From a virus (Duplodnaviria; Caudoviricetes), in the IMG/VR virus record IMGVR_UViG_3300028809_000019, positions 1 through 50,088 of that record: a DNA stretch of 50,088 nt. One strand, 5' to 3'. The first letter of the stretch is position 1, and each line of letters opens with the position of its first letter. The notes below the pieces were generated by a model. The model searched no databases, had not been told where the DNA came from, and saw only the letters and a list, made by a program, of their open reading frames with translations. This document shows positions 8,273 through 16,598 of this stretch, piece by piece. The translations under genes and the position numbers were made by a program.

Positions 8273-10587
8273 CCCTTTCTATAGCGGAATCCGGCCCAAC
8301 CGCCCGACGCACGGATCGGCCAGCCCTCTAACTCGGACGGCATGATCGCCAGCAAGTGTTCGACTTCCTGCACGTACGGGTCGAGCCCTTCAACCGGCGG
8401 CAGACCAAGCGTCAACGGCTTGTCGATCGGTATTTCGGCCACGTTCTCGTCATAGACCGACAGCACCAGCGGATAACCGTGCGCGGCCATCAGCTTCGCG
8501 CCGAACCGCTGGATATCGACTTCCACGCCCATGACGGCGTTTTCGGTCAGTCGGCCGCCCCAAGTCCCCATGCGTGTCCAGCCGCGCGCCCCGTAATTGG
8601 GGTTCGTATTCCACGTCATGTAACTGATCGCCAGTTCGTCCGGATTGCGCGCCGAGGGCGTCAGGCGCGGTTCGTGATAGCGGAGCGGTCGGCGGTGACC
8701 GTCGCAGGGCGGCAAGAGCATTTCGAGACAATCGGCCGCCTGGTCGTAAACGAAGCCGATCCCGCGGTAATCGAAATACTCGCCGGGGTTCTGGACCGCC
8801 GCGATAAACTTGCCTTCCAGCCCGAACAGTTCGGCCCGCTCGCGGCGCCATGGCGGACCGCGCCACTGGCCACCCCACATTTCGACGATCATGGGGTTAG
8901 CCGCACGCCACGCTAGGATAATCTCCTTAATCCGCGCGTCATCATATCCCGAGTCGACGCCCTGCTGAACCTCCATTGCGCGCCACGCGCCTATCCAGCC
9001 CTGAAAGCCGTTGGCCAATTCCGCCGTTTTTCCAGCCTGCCGATCCGGATGGTGGTCCCCCGTTTCCTCGGCGTACTTTTCGTACGTTTCGACCGGCACC
9101 CCCGTGATTTTGCTGGCCGCGAGCAGATAGAGGGGTTTCTTGTCGCGGAAGGCTTCGATTTTCCACTGCTCGCCGGCCAGACAGGCGGCCACGACGGCCT
9201 GCAAGCTGCTATAGTCGGTCGATACGAGGGTCTTGCCTTCCCCGGCGACGAACAGGCCGCGCACGCACCCTTGGATCGCGGTCATCGCGTCGCCAAAAAA
9301 CTGTTCGACCAGATCGAGCGACCCGAGCGACATGATCTCCAGCACGGGGGCGACCATCGGAGGTTGCCAGGCTTTCTTTAGTTCAGGCGGCTGAATCTCT
9401 CCGCACCATGGGCAGATGGGTGACGGGATCGACGGCTTGCCGCATAGGCACGTTGTGAGTTTTGGCCCGGCTTTTGGCAAGTTGAGCGGCTGGACGTCCG
9501 CGCCCGTAGGACGACCGGGCCGCGTGCCGTGATGCACGACCATATCGCGCATTCGGCTGTCGGCCGACAATCGGTTGAACAGGCCATAGGTCTTTTTGAC
9601 GCTCGCCGAGCCGGTCCGTTCGCGCAGTTCCAGCACGCGGCGCGGGATGCCGGTAATGTCGGGCCGCGCGAGCAAAGCCGCCATATGCTCGGCGTCGAGA
9701 CTGTCCGTACGGATGCCGAAAGCCGACAGCCAGCCCTTGAGCTTGTCCAGCTGCGTGACGTTGAAACCGGTCAGGTCGCGGCATTCCTGCCCGTACCGCT
9801 CGAGCACTTGGTTCAGGATATTGATGCACGCCTGCACGCCCTCCCGGTCCACGGCCATCCCGAGCGTATTTTGCGCCATGGTCATCTGCCAAGCCGCCAG
9901 TTCCATGTCGGACAGGGGCGGCAGACGTTCCATAGTGGCCATCTCGGTCCGCACGTCCTGATCGCAATATTCGCATAGGCGTTCGAAGTCTTCGGGGTCG
10001 TCATGCGGATAGATGCGGCGGGCGGGCTGGTCGGGCCGTTTGACGGCGCCGGTTTTCTTGTCGATCAGGCCGACAATCGGTTGCTGCGGGATGCAGAATT
10101 TTTTGATCAGCCGGTCGCCCTCTTTGTCCTTTTTTTCGGACAGGCCCAGCACGTCGCCAAGATTGGCCAGCGCGCCGGGACGCTGAGCGACCAGTGCCGT
10201 CGCCATCGAACAGCGCCATTTCGAGCGGTCCGGCACGACCCAACCGTGTTGCGGTCCGGCAATCTTTTCGACCCATGACAACTCAAAGAACGCATTGTGC
10301 GCTTCGATCGGCGCGTCCGGGTCGGACAGGTGGTTCATTAAGTCCCACGGCAACGTCTCGCCGGGCTTCCACCGACGGATGCCGCGCTGGTCGACCAGAT
10401 CATAGGAGACGGTCAGAATTTCAGTCGTGGGGTGCTCGCAGTAAACCGCCGCACCGACCGCGGCGATCCCCGGCTTGGCGGCACCCTCGGGGGCGACCCA
10501 TCGGCCTAGCGGGTATTTGTCGGTTGGTTGCTGCCAGACGAAACCCGACTCGGAATAGAGCTCGCCGTCGATCGTGGGTACGGGCAT
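8269..10587 (-). CDS. Family A DNA polymerase with 3'-5' exonuclease
   Basis: Exo motifs DGELYS, AHNAFFE, YCDQDV; polymerase motifs DYSSLQ, RQAGKTAELANGFQG, VYDE. Confidence 0.93.
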   Translation of the reverse strand: MPVPTIDGELYSESGFVWQQPTDKYPLGRWVAPEGAAKPGIAAVGAAVYCEHPTTEILTVSYDLVDQRGIRRWKPGETLPWDLMNHLSDPDAPIEAHNAFFELSWVEKIAGPQHGWVVPDRSKWRCSMATALVAQRPGALANLGDVLGLSEKKDKEGDRLIKKFCIPQQPIVGLIDKKTGAVKRPDQPARRIYPHDDPEDFERLCEYCDQDVRTEMATMERLPPLSDMELAAWQMTMAQNTLGMAVDREGVQACINILNQVLERYGQECRDLTGFNVTQLDKLKGWLSAFGIRTDSLDAEHMAALLARPDITGIPRRVLELRERTGSASVKKTYGLFNRLSADSRMRDMVVHHGTRPGRPTGADVQPLNLPKAGPKLTTCLCGKPSIPSPICPWCGEIQPPELKKAWQPPMVAPVLEIMSLGSLDLVEQFFGDAMTAIQGCVRGLFVAGEGKTLVSTDYSSLQAVVAACLAGEQWKIEAFRDKKPLYLLAASKITGVPVETYEKYAEETGDHHPDRQAGKTAELANGFQGWIGAWRAMEVQQGVDSGYDDARIKEIILAWRAANPMIVEMWGGQWRGPPWRRERAELFGLEGKFIAAVQNPGEYFDYRGIGFVYDQAADCLEMLLPPCDGHRRPLRYHEPRLTPSARNPDELAISYMTWNTNPNYGARGWTRMGTWGGRLTENAVMGVEVDIQRFGAKLMAAHGYPLVLSVYDENVAEIPIDKPLTLGLPPVEGLDPYVQEVEHLLAIMPSELEGWPIRASGGWAGFRYRKG

Positions 10588-10782
10588 TTACCAGACCCGC
10601 AGTTCGCGGCCGATTCGGATCGGTAGGTAAAAAATCAGAGCGATGAGTCCGGCAGCAATTGCGATAGGCCAAAGCGCCGCCAGAAATACCGCCGGGGTTT
10701 CTTCCAAATCGTTATAGCCGCAAATGATCAACAAGATGAAAGCCCCGACCATCCATCCGAGCAAGAACCAAAGCGGGTTCAC
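10588..10782 (-). CDS. Small membrane protein, 64 aa
   Basis: Two TM helices; AAGGAG SD before GTG. Confidence 0.7.
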   Translation of the reverse strand: MNPLWFLLGWMVGAFILLIICGYNDLEETPAVFLAALWPIAIAAGLIALIFYLPIRIGRELRVW

Positions 10783-10949
10783 GTCGTCGGCTCCTTACAA
10801 TCCGGGCAGACGTGCTTCCCGCCCGCGCAATACCAGCCGAGCCCAACGAGCCCGCGGTTCATCATCAGATCCTCGGTCGGCGGATTGTGCTTGCCGCACT
10901 TGTCGCAGCGGATCGCCACGAACTCGCCCTTGTCGTCGTACTCAACCAT
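10779..10949 (-). CDS. 56-aa CxxC...CxxC zinc-ribbon protein (not in ORF track)
   Basis: MVEYDDKGEFVAIRCDKCGKH...HVCPDCKEPTT*; fills the gap and overlaps both neighbours. Confidence 0.75.
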   Translation of the reverse strand: MVEYDDKGEFVAIRCDKCGKHNPPTEDLMMNRGLVGLGWYCAGGKHVCPDCKEPTT

Positions 10950-11166
10950 TGGACGCGCCGTAACCGTGGTTCCGGGGCGCTTCGTGAGCGGCGCGCAGTT
11001 CAGCCAGTTCGCGGCGTAGCACTAAGTTGGCCTTGTCGAGACTGGCCGCCCGCTGGTTTGCTGCGCCTGCCCGAGTGACCAGATCCGCAACTTTACCGGC
11101 GGTCATCACGGCTGCGAGAATGAAACCCGCGATCAGGCCGCCCGATAGGCATAGAAAATACCACAT
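10942..11166 (-). CDS. Small protein with N-terminal TM helix and coiled coil
   Basis: GGAGA SD; composition. Confidence 0.7.
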   Translation of the reverse strand: MWYFLCLSGGLIAGFILAAVMTAGKVADLVTRAGAANQRAASLDKANLVLRRELAELRAAHEAPRNHGYGASNG

Positions 11167-11186
11167 TATTAGTCTCCCCGTAAGTG

Positions 11187-11213
11187 GCGGGCGGTACGCG
11201 ACGTACCGCCCGC
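11187..11213 (-). terminator. 12-bp GC stem-loop after the SSB gene (terminator or stabiliser)
   Basis: GCGGGCGGTACG-cga-CGTACCGCCCGC; weak U tract. Confidence 0.55.
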
Positions 11214-11221
11214 GCTAGTCG

Positions 11222-12136
11222 TCAGGCAATATAGCCGTGCGTGCGAAGCTGATCGTCAGTCCATCCCGCCTTCGTGAAGGACTCGTAAGTCTTGCCGCCT
11301 GCTTTGGCCGTCATGGTCGGGCCGCTCGGAGGGGGCGGCGCGTCATCACCGGGCGGCGGGGGCGCGGCGTCCTCGCGATATCCGCTATACGGCTGGTCAC
11401 CCGCCGCGCCCGAGGCAGTCCCCGATCCCGACGTCCCAGCTGCACCGTTCGACTGGCCAGCCGCAGGGGCACCGTTTCCCCCGCGCGCGCCGAGCGCCTG
11501 GTTCGGATCGACCGCGGTTGCCGCGACGATCAGTTCGCCTTCCTGTTCGAAGCTGACCGTATCGAAGTTCATATACATGCCCGGCGACTCGGTCGACTGG
11601 TTCGTCTCGCACGTCCCGCTGACGGTCACATAGTCCCCCAGCTTGATTTTGCGTTCGCTGTGGGGCGTCAGTTCGACCCAGCCGTTCGACCATTCGTATA
11701 CCTTCGGAGCAAAGCCGTTCGACACCTTGACGACCCAGCAACCGGCCCAACCTTCCTTCAGGTTGTTCGGCTTGCCGCTTTCGTCGTACCCGTCGCCGTC
11801 CTGAATTTTGTTGGCGAATTTCGGGTTCGAACAGTCCATCGGCAAAGAGGCTTCGAACTGCAGGCCGGCGGGCCGCTGGTATTGCGGGTTGAACATGTTG
11901 GGCCATGCGGCACGGGCGGCGGCGTCGATTTTCGCCTTTTCTTCCTCGTACGAAGGGTTCCCGTCGATGACGAACCGCTTGGCCGGATCCTTCGGAATGG
12001 CGATCGCATAGAAGAACGGCGCGTCGGGCTCGCCATCCTTGCGAAATTTCAGGACGCCGGCTTTGTCCTTGCGCTGCGGGCCTGCCTTCATCGGGTCGCC
12101 CTGAACGGCGCGGCCGGTAAACGTAAAACGTGTCAT
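11222..12136 (-). CDS. Putative single-stranded DNA-binding protein, 304 aa
   Basis: Between exonuclease and polymerase; aromatic-rich core with PGMYMN, Gly/Pro linker and C-terminal YESF.KAGWTDDQL module; AAGGGAG SD. Confidence 0.7.
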   Translation of the reverse strand: MTRFTFTGRAVQGDPMKAGPQRKDKAGVLKFRKDGEPDAPFFYAIAIPKDPAKRFVIDGNPSYEEEKAKIDAAARAAWPNMFNPQYQRPAGLQFEASLPMDCSNPKFANKIQDGDGYDESGKPNNLKEGWAGCWVVKVSNGFAPKVYEWSNGWVELTPHSERKIKLGDYVTVSGTCETNQSTESPGMYMNFDTVSFEQEGELIVAATAVDPNQALGARGGNGAPAAGQSNGAAGTSGSGTASGAAGDQPYSGYREDAAPPPPGDDAPPPPSGPTMTAKAGGKTYESFTKAGWTDDQLRTHGYIA

Positions 12137-12168
12137 ATTGGTATGCTCCCTTAATGGTGGTCGGCTGG

Positions 12169-12309
12169 TTAGTCGGTCGGCTCGTCGATACCGAAAGCGT
12201 CGCAAAGTTCAGCGAACGCCGAGTCGGCATTGACCTGACCATACGAAAGGTCGTCACCTCTGGTCGAATTTTCAATCTCGGCGATAATCAGATTGCGAAG
12301 TGCGACCAT
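12169..12309 (-). CDS. Possible 46-aa acidic protein
   Basis: MVALRNLIIAEIE...; 3' part of track ORF 12169..12558; start uncertain. Confidence 0.4.
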   Translation of the reverse strand: MVALRNLIIAEIENSTRGDDLSYGQVNADSAFAELCDAFGIDEPTD

Positions 12310-12424
12310 TTGCGGGAACCGAAGCAATGGTCGGCTGATTGATCCGCAGGATCGGCGAATCCGTGTCCCAATCGACGTCGTACGTTTTCCCATCGAGCTT
12401 CGAAACGATCTGAAATAGCGGCAT
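12272..12424 (-). CDS. 50-aa hypothetical protein (not in ORF track)
   Basis: AGGGAGA SD then MPLFQIVSKLDGKTYDVDWD... Confidence 0.55.
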   Translation of the reverse strand: MPLFQIVSKLDGKTYDVDWDTDSPILRINQPTIASVPANGRTSQSDYRRD

Positions 12425-12451
12425 TTTAACGTCTCCCTGAATTGTGGAGGC

Positions 12452-13603
12452 CTAGCGGCGTCCGAGAATTTTAGATGCGGTCGAGTCGTCAACCCGTAAG
12501 AGCTTCCGACTCGGTTCGTTCCGTCGGGTGTAGGGGGTAATGACCGACCCGTCAACACCCTGTTTGATGCACTGCGAAGGGGTCGGCAGAGCCACGCCGG
12601 GCTGCACGTCCACGCCGAACATGGCGACGATGCTGGCCGCTTCGGCCTGTCGGTCTTTTTCCCACGCCAAACGCGGTTGGGTCCAGCCGAGCGAATGGAA
12701 CGGAACGGCCTCGCCGCGTCCGAGCAACGCCAAGGCTTGCGCGTCCAGGGCGGACAGTCTGGCCTTAACGAAGTCCATCGCTTCGGCCAGTACCTTCGCC
12801 TCCACGCCGATCGACCGCGGGTCCATATGCGACGAGCCTTGTCCGCGAATGACGTCCAGTGCCGCCCCGCCCGCCCGTTGGTTCGCCGGGCAGTCCCATT
12901 GCGCCCGACAGTCCCGACAGTGCGGGCCGGTGCGGAGCATGGCGTGGGGCGCTCGTGCGGCGTGGGCGGCTATCCGCAGCGCGTCGATCAGCGGCGCAAG
13001 CTCGGCGCCCGATACGAACCATTCGCGCAGCGTACCGCCCAATTCGTCACGTTCGAAACAACGCGGCTGGGCGATCGTCAGCGTAAACGACCAATCCCGC
13101 CAGTCGTCTATTTTAGCGTCTTCAATGACGCACGCCGCATAGTCGATCAGCTGCCAGCAACGATAAGCGTCGACGAACCGATGGCCGTATTTGAAGTCCC
13201 AAATATGGACGGTCTTGCGGCTGAACTGCACGAAGTACGCGTCGGGCGTGCAGTCATTGTCGGGATGGATTATCTTGTGGCCGTGGACACGCTGTTCGAT
13301 CTGATAATAGTCGCCCGGCTTGCATCCTTTGAGCGTGTCGTTCACGTCTTCGACCAGTTCGACGATAGCTTCGCGCATCTCGTCATTGATCGGCACGCCG
13401 TTCGGGGCGACCGCATCGGCCGGCACCGTCAGTTTTAGCAGCGTCTGGGCGAGCAGCCAGTGCGCGGCGTCTCCCTCGCGGCTCTCCTCGGTCGGTTCCT
13501 GCTCGGGCTGGCGGGCTTCCATGGCGACCGACCCGGCGCAACCGTCCGGTCCCCAACGATCGGCGCCGGACGGGGGTAGGATGGCGTGCTGGTTGTCAGT
13601 CAT
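12452..13603 (-). CDS. DUF2800-like Cas4-type PD-(D/E)xK exonuclease
   Basis: HA.L.PS...RW..C, EG.AAH, TPD, WDFKYG, QL..YA, QPR, HCRDC...CP. Confidence 0.88.
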   Translation of the reverse strand: MTDNQHAILPPSGADRWGPDGCAGSVAMEARQPEQEPTEESREGDAAHWLLAQTLLKLTVPADAVAPNGVPINDEMREAIVELVEDVNDTLKGCKPGDYYQIEQRVHGHKIIHPDNDCTPDAYFVQFSRKTVHIWDFKYGHRFVDAYRCWQLIDYAACVIEDAKIDDWRDWSFTLTIAQPRCFERDELGGTLREWFVSGAELAPLIDALRIAAHAARAPHAMLRTGPHCRDCRAQWDCPANQRAGGAALDVIRGQGSSHMDPRSIGVEAKVLAEAMDFVKARLSALDAQALALLGRGEAVPFHSLGWTQPRLAWEKDRQAEAASIVAMFGVDVQPGVALPTPSQCIKQGVDGSVITPYTRRNEPSRKLLRVDDSTASKILGRR

Positions 13604-13718
13604 GGCGGGGCCCCTTCAACAGTCGATCGCACCGACCGCGCCACCACCATCCGAACGAATAGGATCCGACGGCAAGAGCCATGACTGACATGGTTGCGAA
13701 AATTCCGAGGGCCGTCAC
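13596..13718 (-). CDS. 40-aa single-TM protein (not in ORF track)
   Basis: MTALGIFATMSVMALAVGSYSFGWWWRGR...; GTGA coupling to the upstream gene. Confidence 0.55.
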   Translation of the reverse strand: MTALGIFATMSVMALAVGSYSFGWWWRGRCDRLLKGPRHD

Positions 13719-14254
13719 GGTCGGTTCCCTTCGATCAGAAAGTGCGCGCGGGTCAAAATTTCCTGCACGTAAGCCCGGTCATCATCGTTCAGAATACCGG
13801 AAAGTTCGGATAGAATTTCCTTAGCTTCAGACATCGCGTCCGTCTCGGCTTTGCGGAATACGAAGCTAGGACTCCCGCTCGCCGCTTCCAGCACTTGCAG
13901 CAACGCCCAGCCTTCGAGTCGGTCCATCGCGTCCAGATAGACGGTCAGATGCTGCAGCGACGGCCGAAAGCCCTTGCCGATCGCGTAGCGCCCGTTGACG
14001 GTCCAGTCGGTGAATGCGCGGATCGGCGACTCGTGCGTGAAGCCGTCCGGTTCGGGTTGGGCGTGGAGCGACTCCAGCCGATAGGCTACGACGTCGTCCG
14101 GGCCGCCCGCGTGGCTCCACAGTACGTCGGTCGAATCTTTAATACGAACCTGATCGCCTGCGCGAAAACGAACCGTGCATGGCGTTTGCCGGGGGATAGG
14201 GGCGTTCCGTCCGCCCGCCCAATTGGTCCAGCCGTCTTTGTCGGGCGCGGTCAT
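13715..14254 (-). CDS. Hypothetical phage protein, 179 aa
   Basis: GGAGG SD and ATGA coupling; W..W.GG..P...VRFR.G...W.H....D.VAYR domain typical of phage proteins. Confidence 0.75.
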   Translation of the reverse strand: MTAPDKDGWTNWAGGRNAPIPRQTPCTVRFRAGDQVRIKDSTDVLWSHAGGPDDVVAYRLESLHAQPEPDGFTHESPIRAFTDWTVNGRYAIGKGFRPSLQHLTVYLDAMDRLEGWALLQVLEAASGSPSFVFRKAETDAMSEAKEILSELSGILNDDDRAYVQEILTRAHFLIEGNRP

Positions 14255-14490
14255 TGCGGTTCCTCCGAAATAGCGACACGAAGGCGAATTATGCACCCTT
14301 CCAGGTCGTCCAGTTCGCGAAGGATCCAAGCGCGATTCGTTTCCTGCTCGTCTTTCGGCAGTTCCGGATTAACGCTATCGAGTCCCCAACGTTGGGTTTT
14401 ACCAGCGGCGGCCAAAGCCTCGCCGGCTTCCTCGACGAAATGCGCGAGGGCGAACGGAAGACCGTCGCGAAGGTATTTCGGATGGACCAT
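14251..14490 (-). CDS. MazG-like nucleotide pyrophosphohydrolase
   Basis: EEAGE...K...(x)n...RELDDL acidic helical pattern. Confidence 0.65.
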   Translation of the reverse strand: MVHPKYLRDGLPFALAHFVEEAGEALAAAGKTQRWGLDSVNPELPKDEQETNRAWILRELDDLEGCIIRLRVAISEEPQ

Positions 14491-14507
14491 GCTTCAACTC
14501 CCTGTCG

Positions 14508-14558
14508 AAGAAAAGGAACGGGCCGACTATCAGCTGGGGGGCACTAGCCGACCCGTCC
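14508..14558 (-). terminator. Intrinsic terminator / attenuator
   Basis: GGACGGGTCGGCTA / TAGTCGGCCCGTTCC stem followed by TTTTCTT on the minus strand. Confidence 0.65.
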
Positions 14559-14561
14559 GAG

Positions 14562-15236
14562 TTAACCGATCATCGAAAAGAACATGTCCCATTTGTCGGC
14601 ATGGTCTTTCAGATCCTTAAATGCGGCGACACCGACGACCCCGGCCATCTCGTTCAGTTCCGCATAGGTCTTGCCGTGCTTGGCGACCGCCGCGACGAAC
14701 GACGCGAAGTCGGGAAAGTTGCCGTCACCAGCGACCGGCGCACTTGCCGCAGGCGCGGGTTCCGAAGGCGTTTCCGCCGTGGGGGCAGGCGGCGCCGGAA
14801 CCTGCTCGTCTGCCGGCACCGTCGGGGCCAAAGGGACTTCTTCGTCCGCAGGGGGCGGCGGGGGCGCGGTGTCGGCCAGTTCGGCCATAACCTCGGCGAA
14901 CAGTTCGTCCGATACGCCACGCCGTTTACGCCACGTACCGTCGGCAACGGTCGCCTTGCTCTCGCTATGAATTCGGGCATCCCACGGGGTTCCCTTCGAG
15001 TCGACTTCGCCGCCCGAGCCGCCGGTAATTTCCGCCGTCTCTTCGTCGTCCTGTTCAGCCGCCACTTCGGCAACGGCTTGCGCGACGGCGGCGCGCGCTT
15101 CGTCCGCGTCGATCTTGACGACGATATTACCAACAGTCGTGTTGTTCGGCAGTCGGCCGCCGAGCGATGCGAGCAGCGCGATCAGTGCCGTCAGTTCGTC
15201 CGTGGACGACTCGGCCGTATTGAGCGTGATTTGCAT
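14562..15236 (-). CDS. Acidic Pro/Ala-rich protein heading the leftward replication operon
   Basis: D..G.PWD.RIH..SK....DGTWR.RRG core; first gene after the leftward promoter. Confidence 0.8.
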   Translation of the reverse strand: MQITLNTAESSTDELTALIALLASLGGRLPNNTTVGNIVVKIDADEARAAVAQAVAEVAAEQDDEETAEITGGSGGEVDSKGTPWDARIHSESKATVADGTWRKRRGVSDELFAEVMAELADTAPPPPPADEEVPLAPTVPADEQVPAPPAPTAETPSEPAPAASAPVAGDGNFPDFASFVAAVAKHGKTYAELNEMAGVVGVAAFKDLKDHADKWDMFFSMIG

Positions 15237-15260
15237 AATTAAAAGCCTCTCTGGATTGGG

Positions 15261-15301
15261 TTGACGACCTGCTACCTAACGGCTAGTGACGGGTTGGTCA
15301 A
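15261..15301. promoter_or_regulatory. Overlapping promoters for the divergent operons, with palindrome variant GTGAC-N6-GTCAA (15286-15301)
   Basis: Leftward TTGACC-17-TAGGTA; rightward TTGACG-17-TAGTGA. Confidence 0.7.
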
Positions 15302-15330
15302 TACCGTAAATTACCGACAGGGAGCAAGCC

Positions 15331-15684
15331 GTGCCGATTAAGAGAACCTTTAGACACGATTGGGCGCCCGGTTCCCGCCGTCGCGAGTATGACGGATATG
15401 CGATCAGCCCCGACAGCCCCTTTACGGTCTTCAAAGACCAGTCGGACGGGCGGTGGACGGTCGGTCACGAGCGGTCGGGGCTCGCTATCAATATGCTGAT
15501 CCCGCCGAAGCTCATGCGGTCAAAATTGCGGCTCCTTATGTGGCTGGAAGACATGGCGCGCGACATGCCGCTCGAGGTCGCCATGCTCGGTCTGGTCGAG
15601 TCGTCGGCCATGCTGTTCGGCGACGAGTTCCACGAATACGCGCAGTCATTGCTGGACTGGTCGGGGCGGTACGAGTGCATATGA
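15331..15684 (+). CDS. Hypothetical protein, 117 aa
   Basis: AGGGAG SD with GTG start; ATGA coupling to the next gene. Confidence 0.75.
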   Translation: MPIKRTFRHDWAPGSRRREYDGYAISPDSPFTVFKDQSDGRWTVGHERSGLAINMLIPPKLMRSKLRLLMWLEDMARDMPLEVAMLGLVESSAMLFGDEFHEYAQSLLDWSGRYECI

Positions 15685-16448
15685 TCGAGCGGGACGCAAG
15701 CGGCGTAGCGCATATTGTCGCCCTGTCCGGCGGCCACGACTCGACAATTATGTCGTTCTTGCTGAAGGAACGCGAACCCCGCCCGTATAATTATGTTTGC
15801 ACTCCGACCGGCGACGAGTTGCCCGAAATGTTCGGTTTCTGGAAGTGGCTCGGCTCGGACGAAGGGCTTGGTCGTCGATTGATTCCAATAATGAACGGAA
15901 CGTTGGCGTCGGTGATTGCCGATAATAAAACGCTCCCGAATTTCCGGCGACGGTTCTGCACGCGGATCCTGAAAATCGAGCCGTACCGTAAATTTCTAAT
16001 TGCTACGGCGGCCGAAGGTCCGGTCGTTTCGTATGTCGGATTATGGCACGACGAGCCGGGGCGTGCTGGCGGCGCGTATGCGGATATCGAAGGCGTCGAA
16101 ATGCGCTTCCCGCTGCGCGATTGGGAAATGGGCGAAACTGAAGTCCAGGCCGGTCTAGCCGAACGCGGCATTAAATGCCCAAACCGTACCGACTGCGCGC
16201 GCTGCTACCATCAGCGAATCGGCGAATGGTGGGAATTATGGTGGCATCATCGCGACCTTTGGGACTCGGCGGTCGCTGACGAACAAAAATATGGGGAGAC
16301 TTATCGAACGCCGGGTCGCGATAGCTGGCCCGCCGCGCTGATCGACCTGCAAACCCTGTTCGAACAAGGGACGTGGCCCGACATATCGCTTCAACGGATG
16401 GTCCGCGAGCGCCAGCAAAGCGGCTCTTGTAGGGTTTGTTCGCTATGA
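15681..16448 (+). CDS. PAPS-reductase/DndC-like PP-loop protein
   Basis: VALSGGHDS, RFCT..LKIEP, VG...DE..R, FPL..W, CARCY. Confidence 0.82.
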   Translation: MIERDASGVAHIVALSGGHDSTIMSFLLKEREPRPYNYVCTPTGDELPEMFGFWKWLGSDEGLGRRLIPIMNGTLASVIADNKTLPNFRRRFCTRILKIEPYRKFLIATAAEGPVVSYVGLWHDEPGRAGGAYADIEGVEMRFPLRDWEMGETEVQAGLAERGIKCPNRTDCARCYHQRIGEWWELWWHHRDLWDSAVADEQKYGETYRTPGRDSWPAALIDLQTLFEQGTWPDISLQRMVRERQQSGSCRVCSL

Positions 16449-16598
16449 GCCGCGGGGAGTTTTTTTGCCAAATTGGCCGAACTGGAAAATTTCGCGGAAC
16501 AGCGGGCCGACACGTACCCGGAATATTCTGCCGAACGGGGGACGTGGAGTCGCGTTGCGCAATGCCTAGACCAAGCGCGCCGGGAGTTTCCCGAATGA
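16445..16598 (+). pseudogene. Small ~50-aa gene interrupted by a T7 run (+1 shift needed)
   Basis: With one T fewer it reads MSRGEFFAKLAELENFAEQ...REFPE*, ATGA-coupled at both ends. Confidence 0.55.

Noticed and set aside
12169-12424. Two overlapping small ORFs as one frameshifted gene
   Set aside because: No slippery sequence or homology to support a fusion; left as two low-confidence ORFs
12452-13603. Cas4-like gene as a CRISPR system
   Set aside because: Standard DUF2800-type exonuclease in the PolA/SSB module
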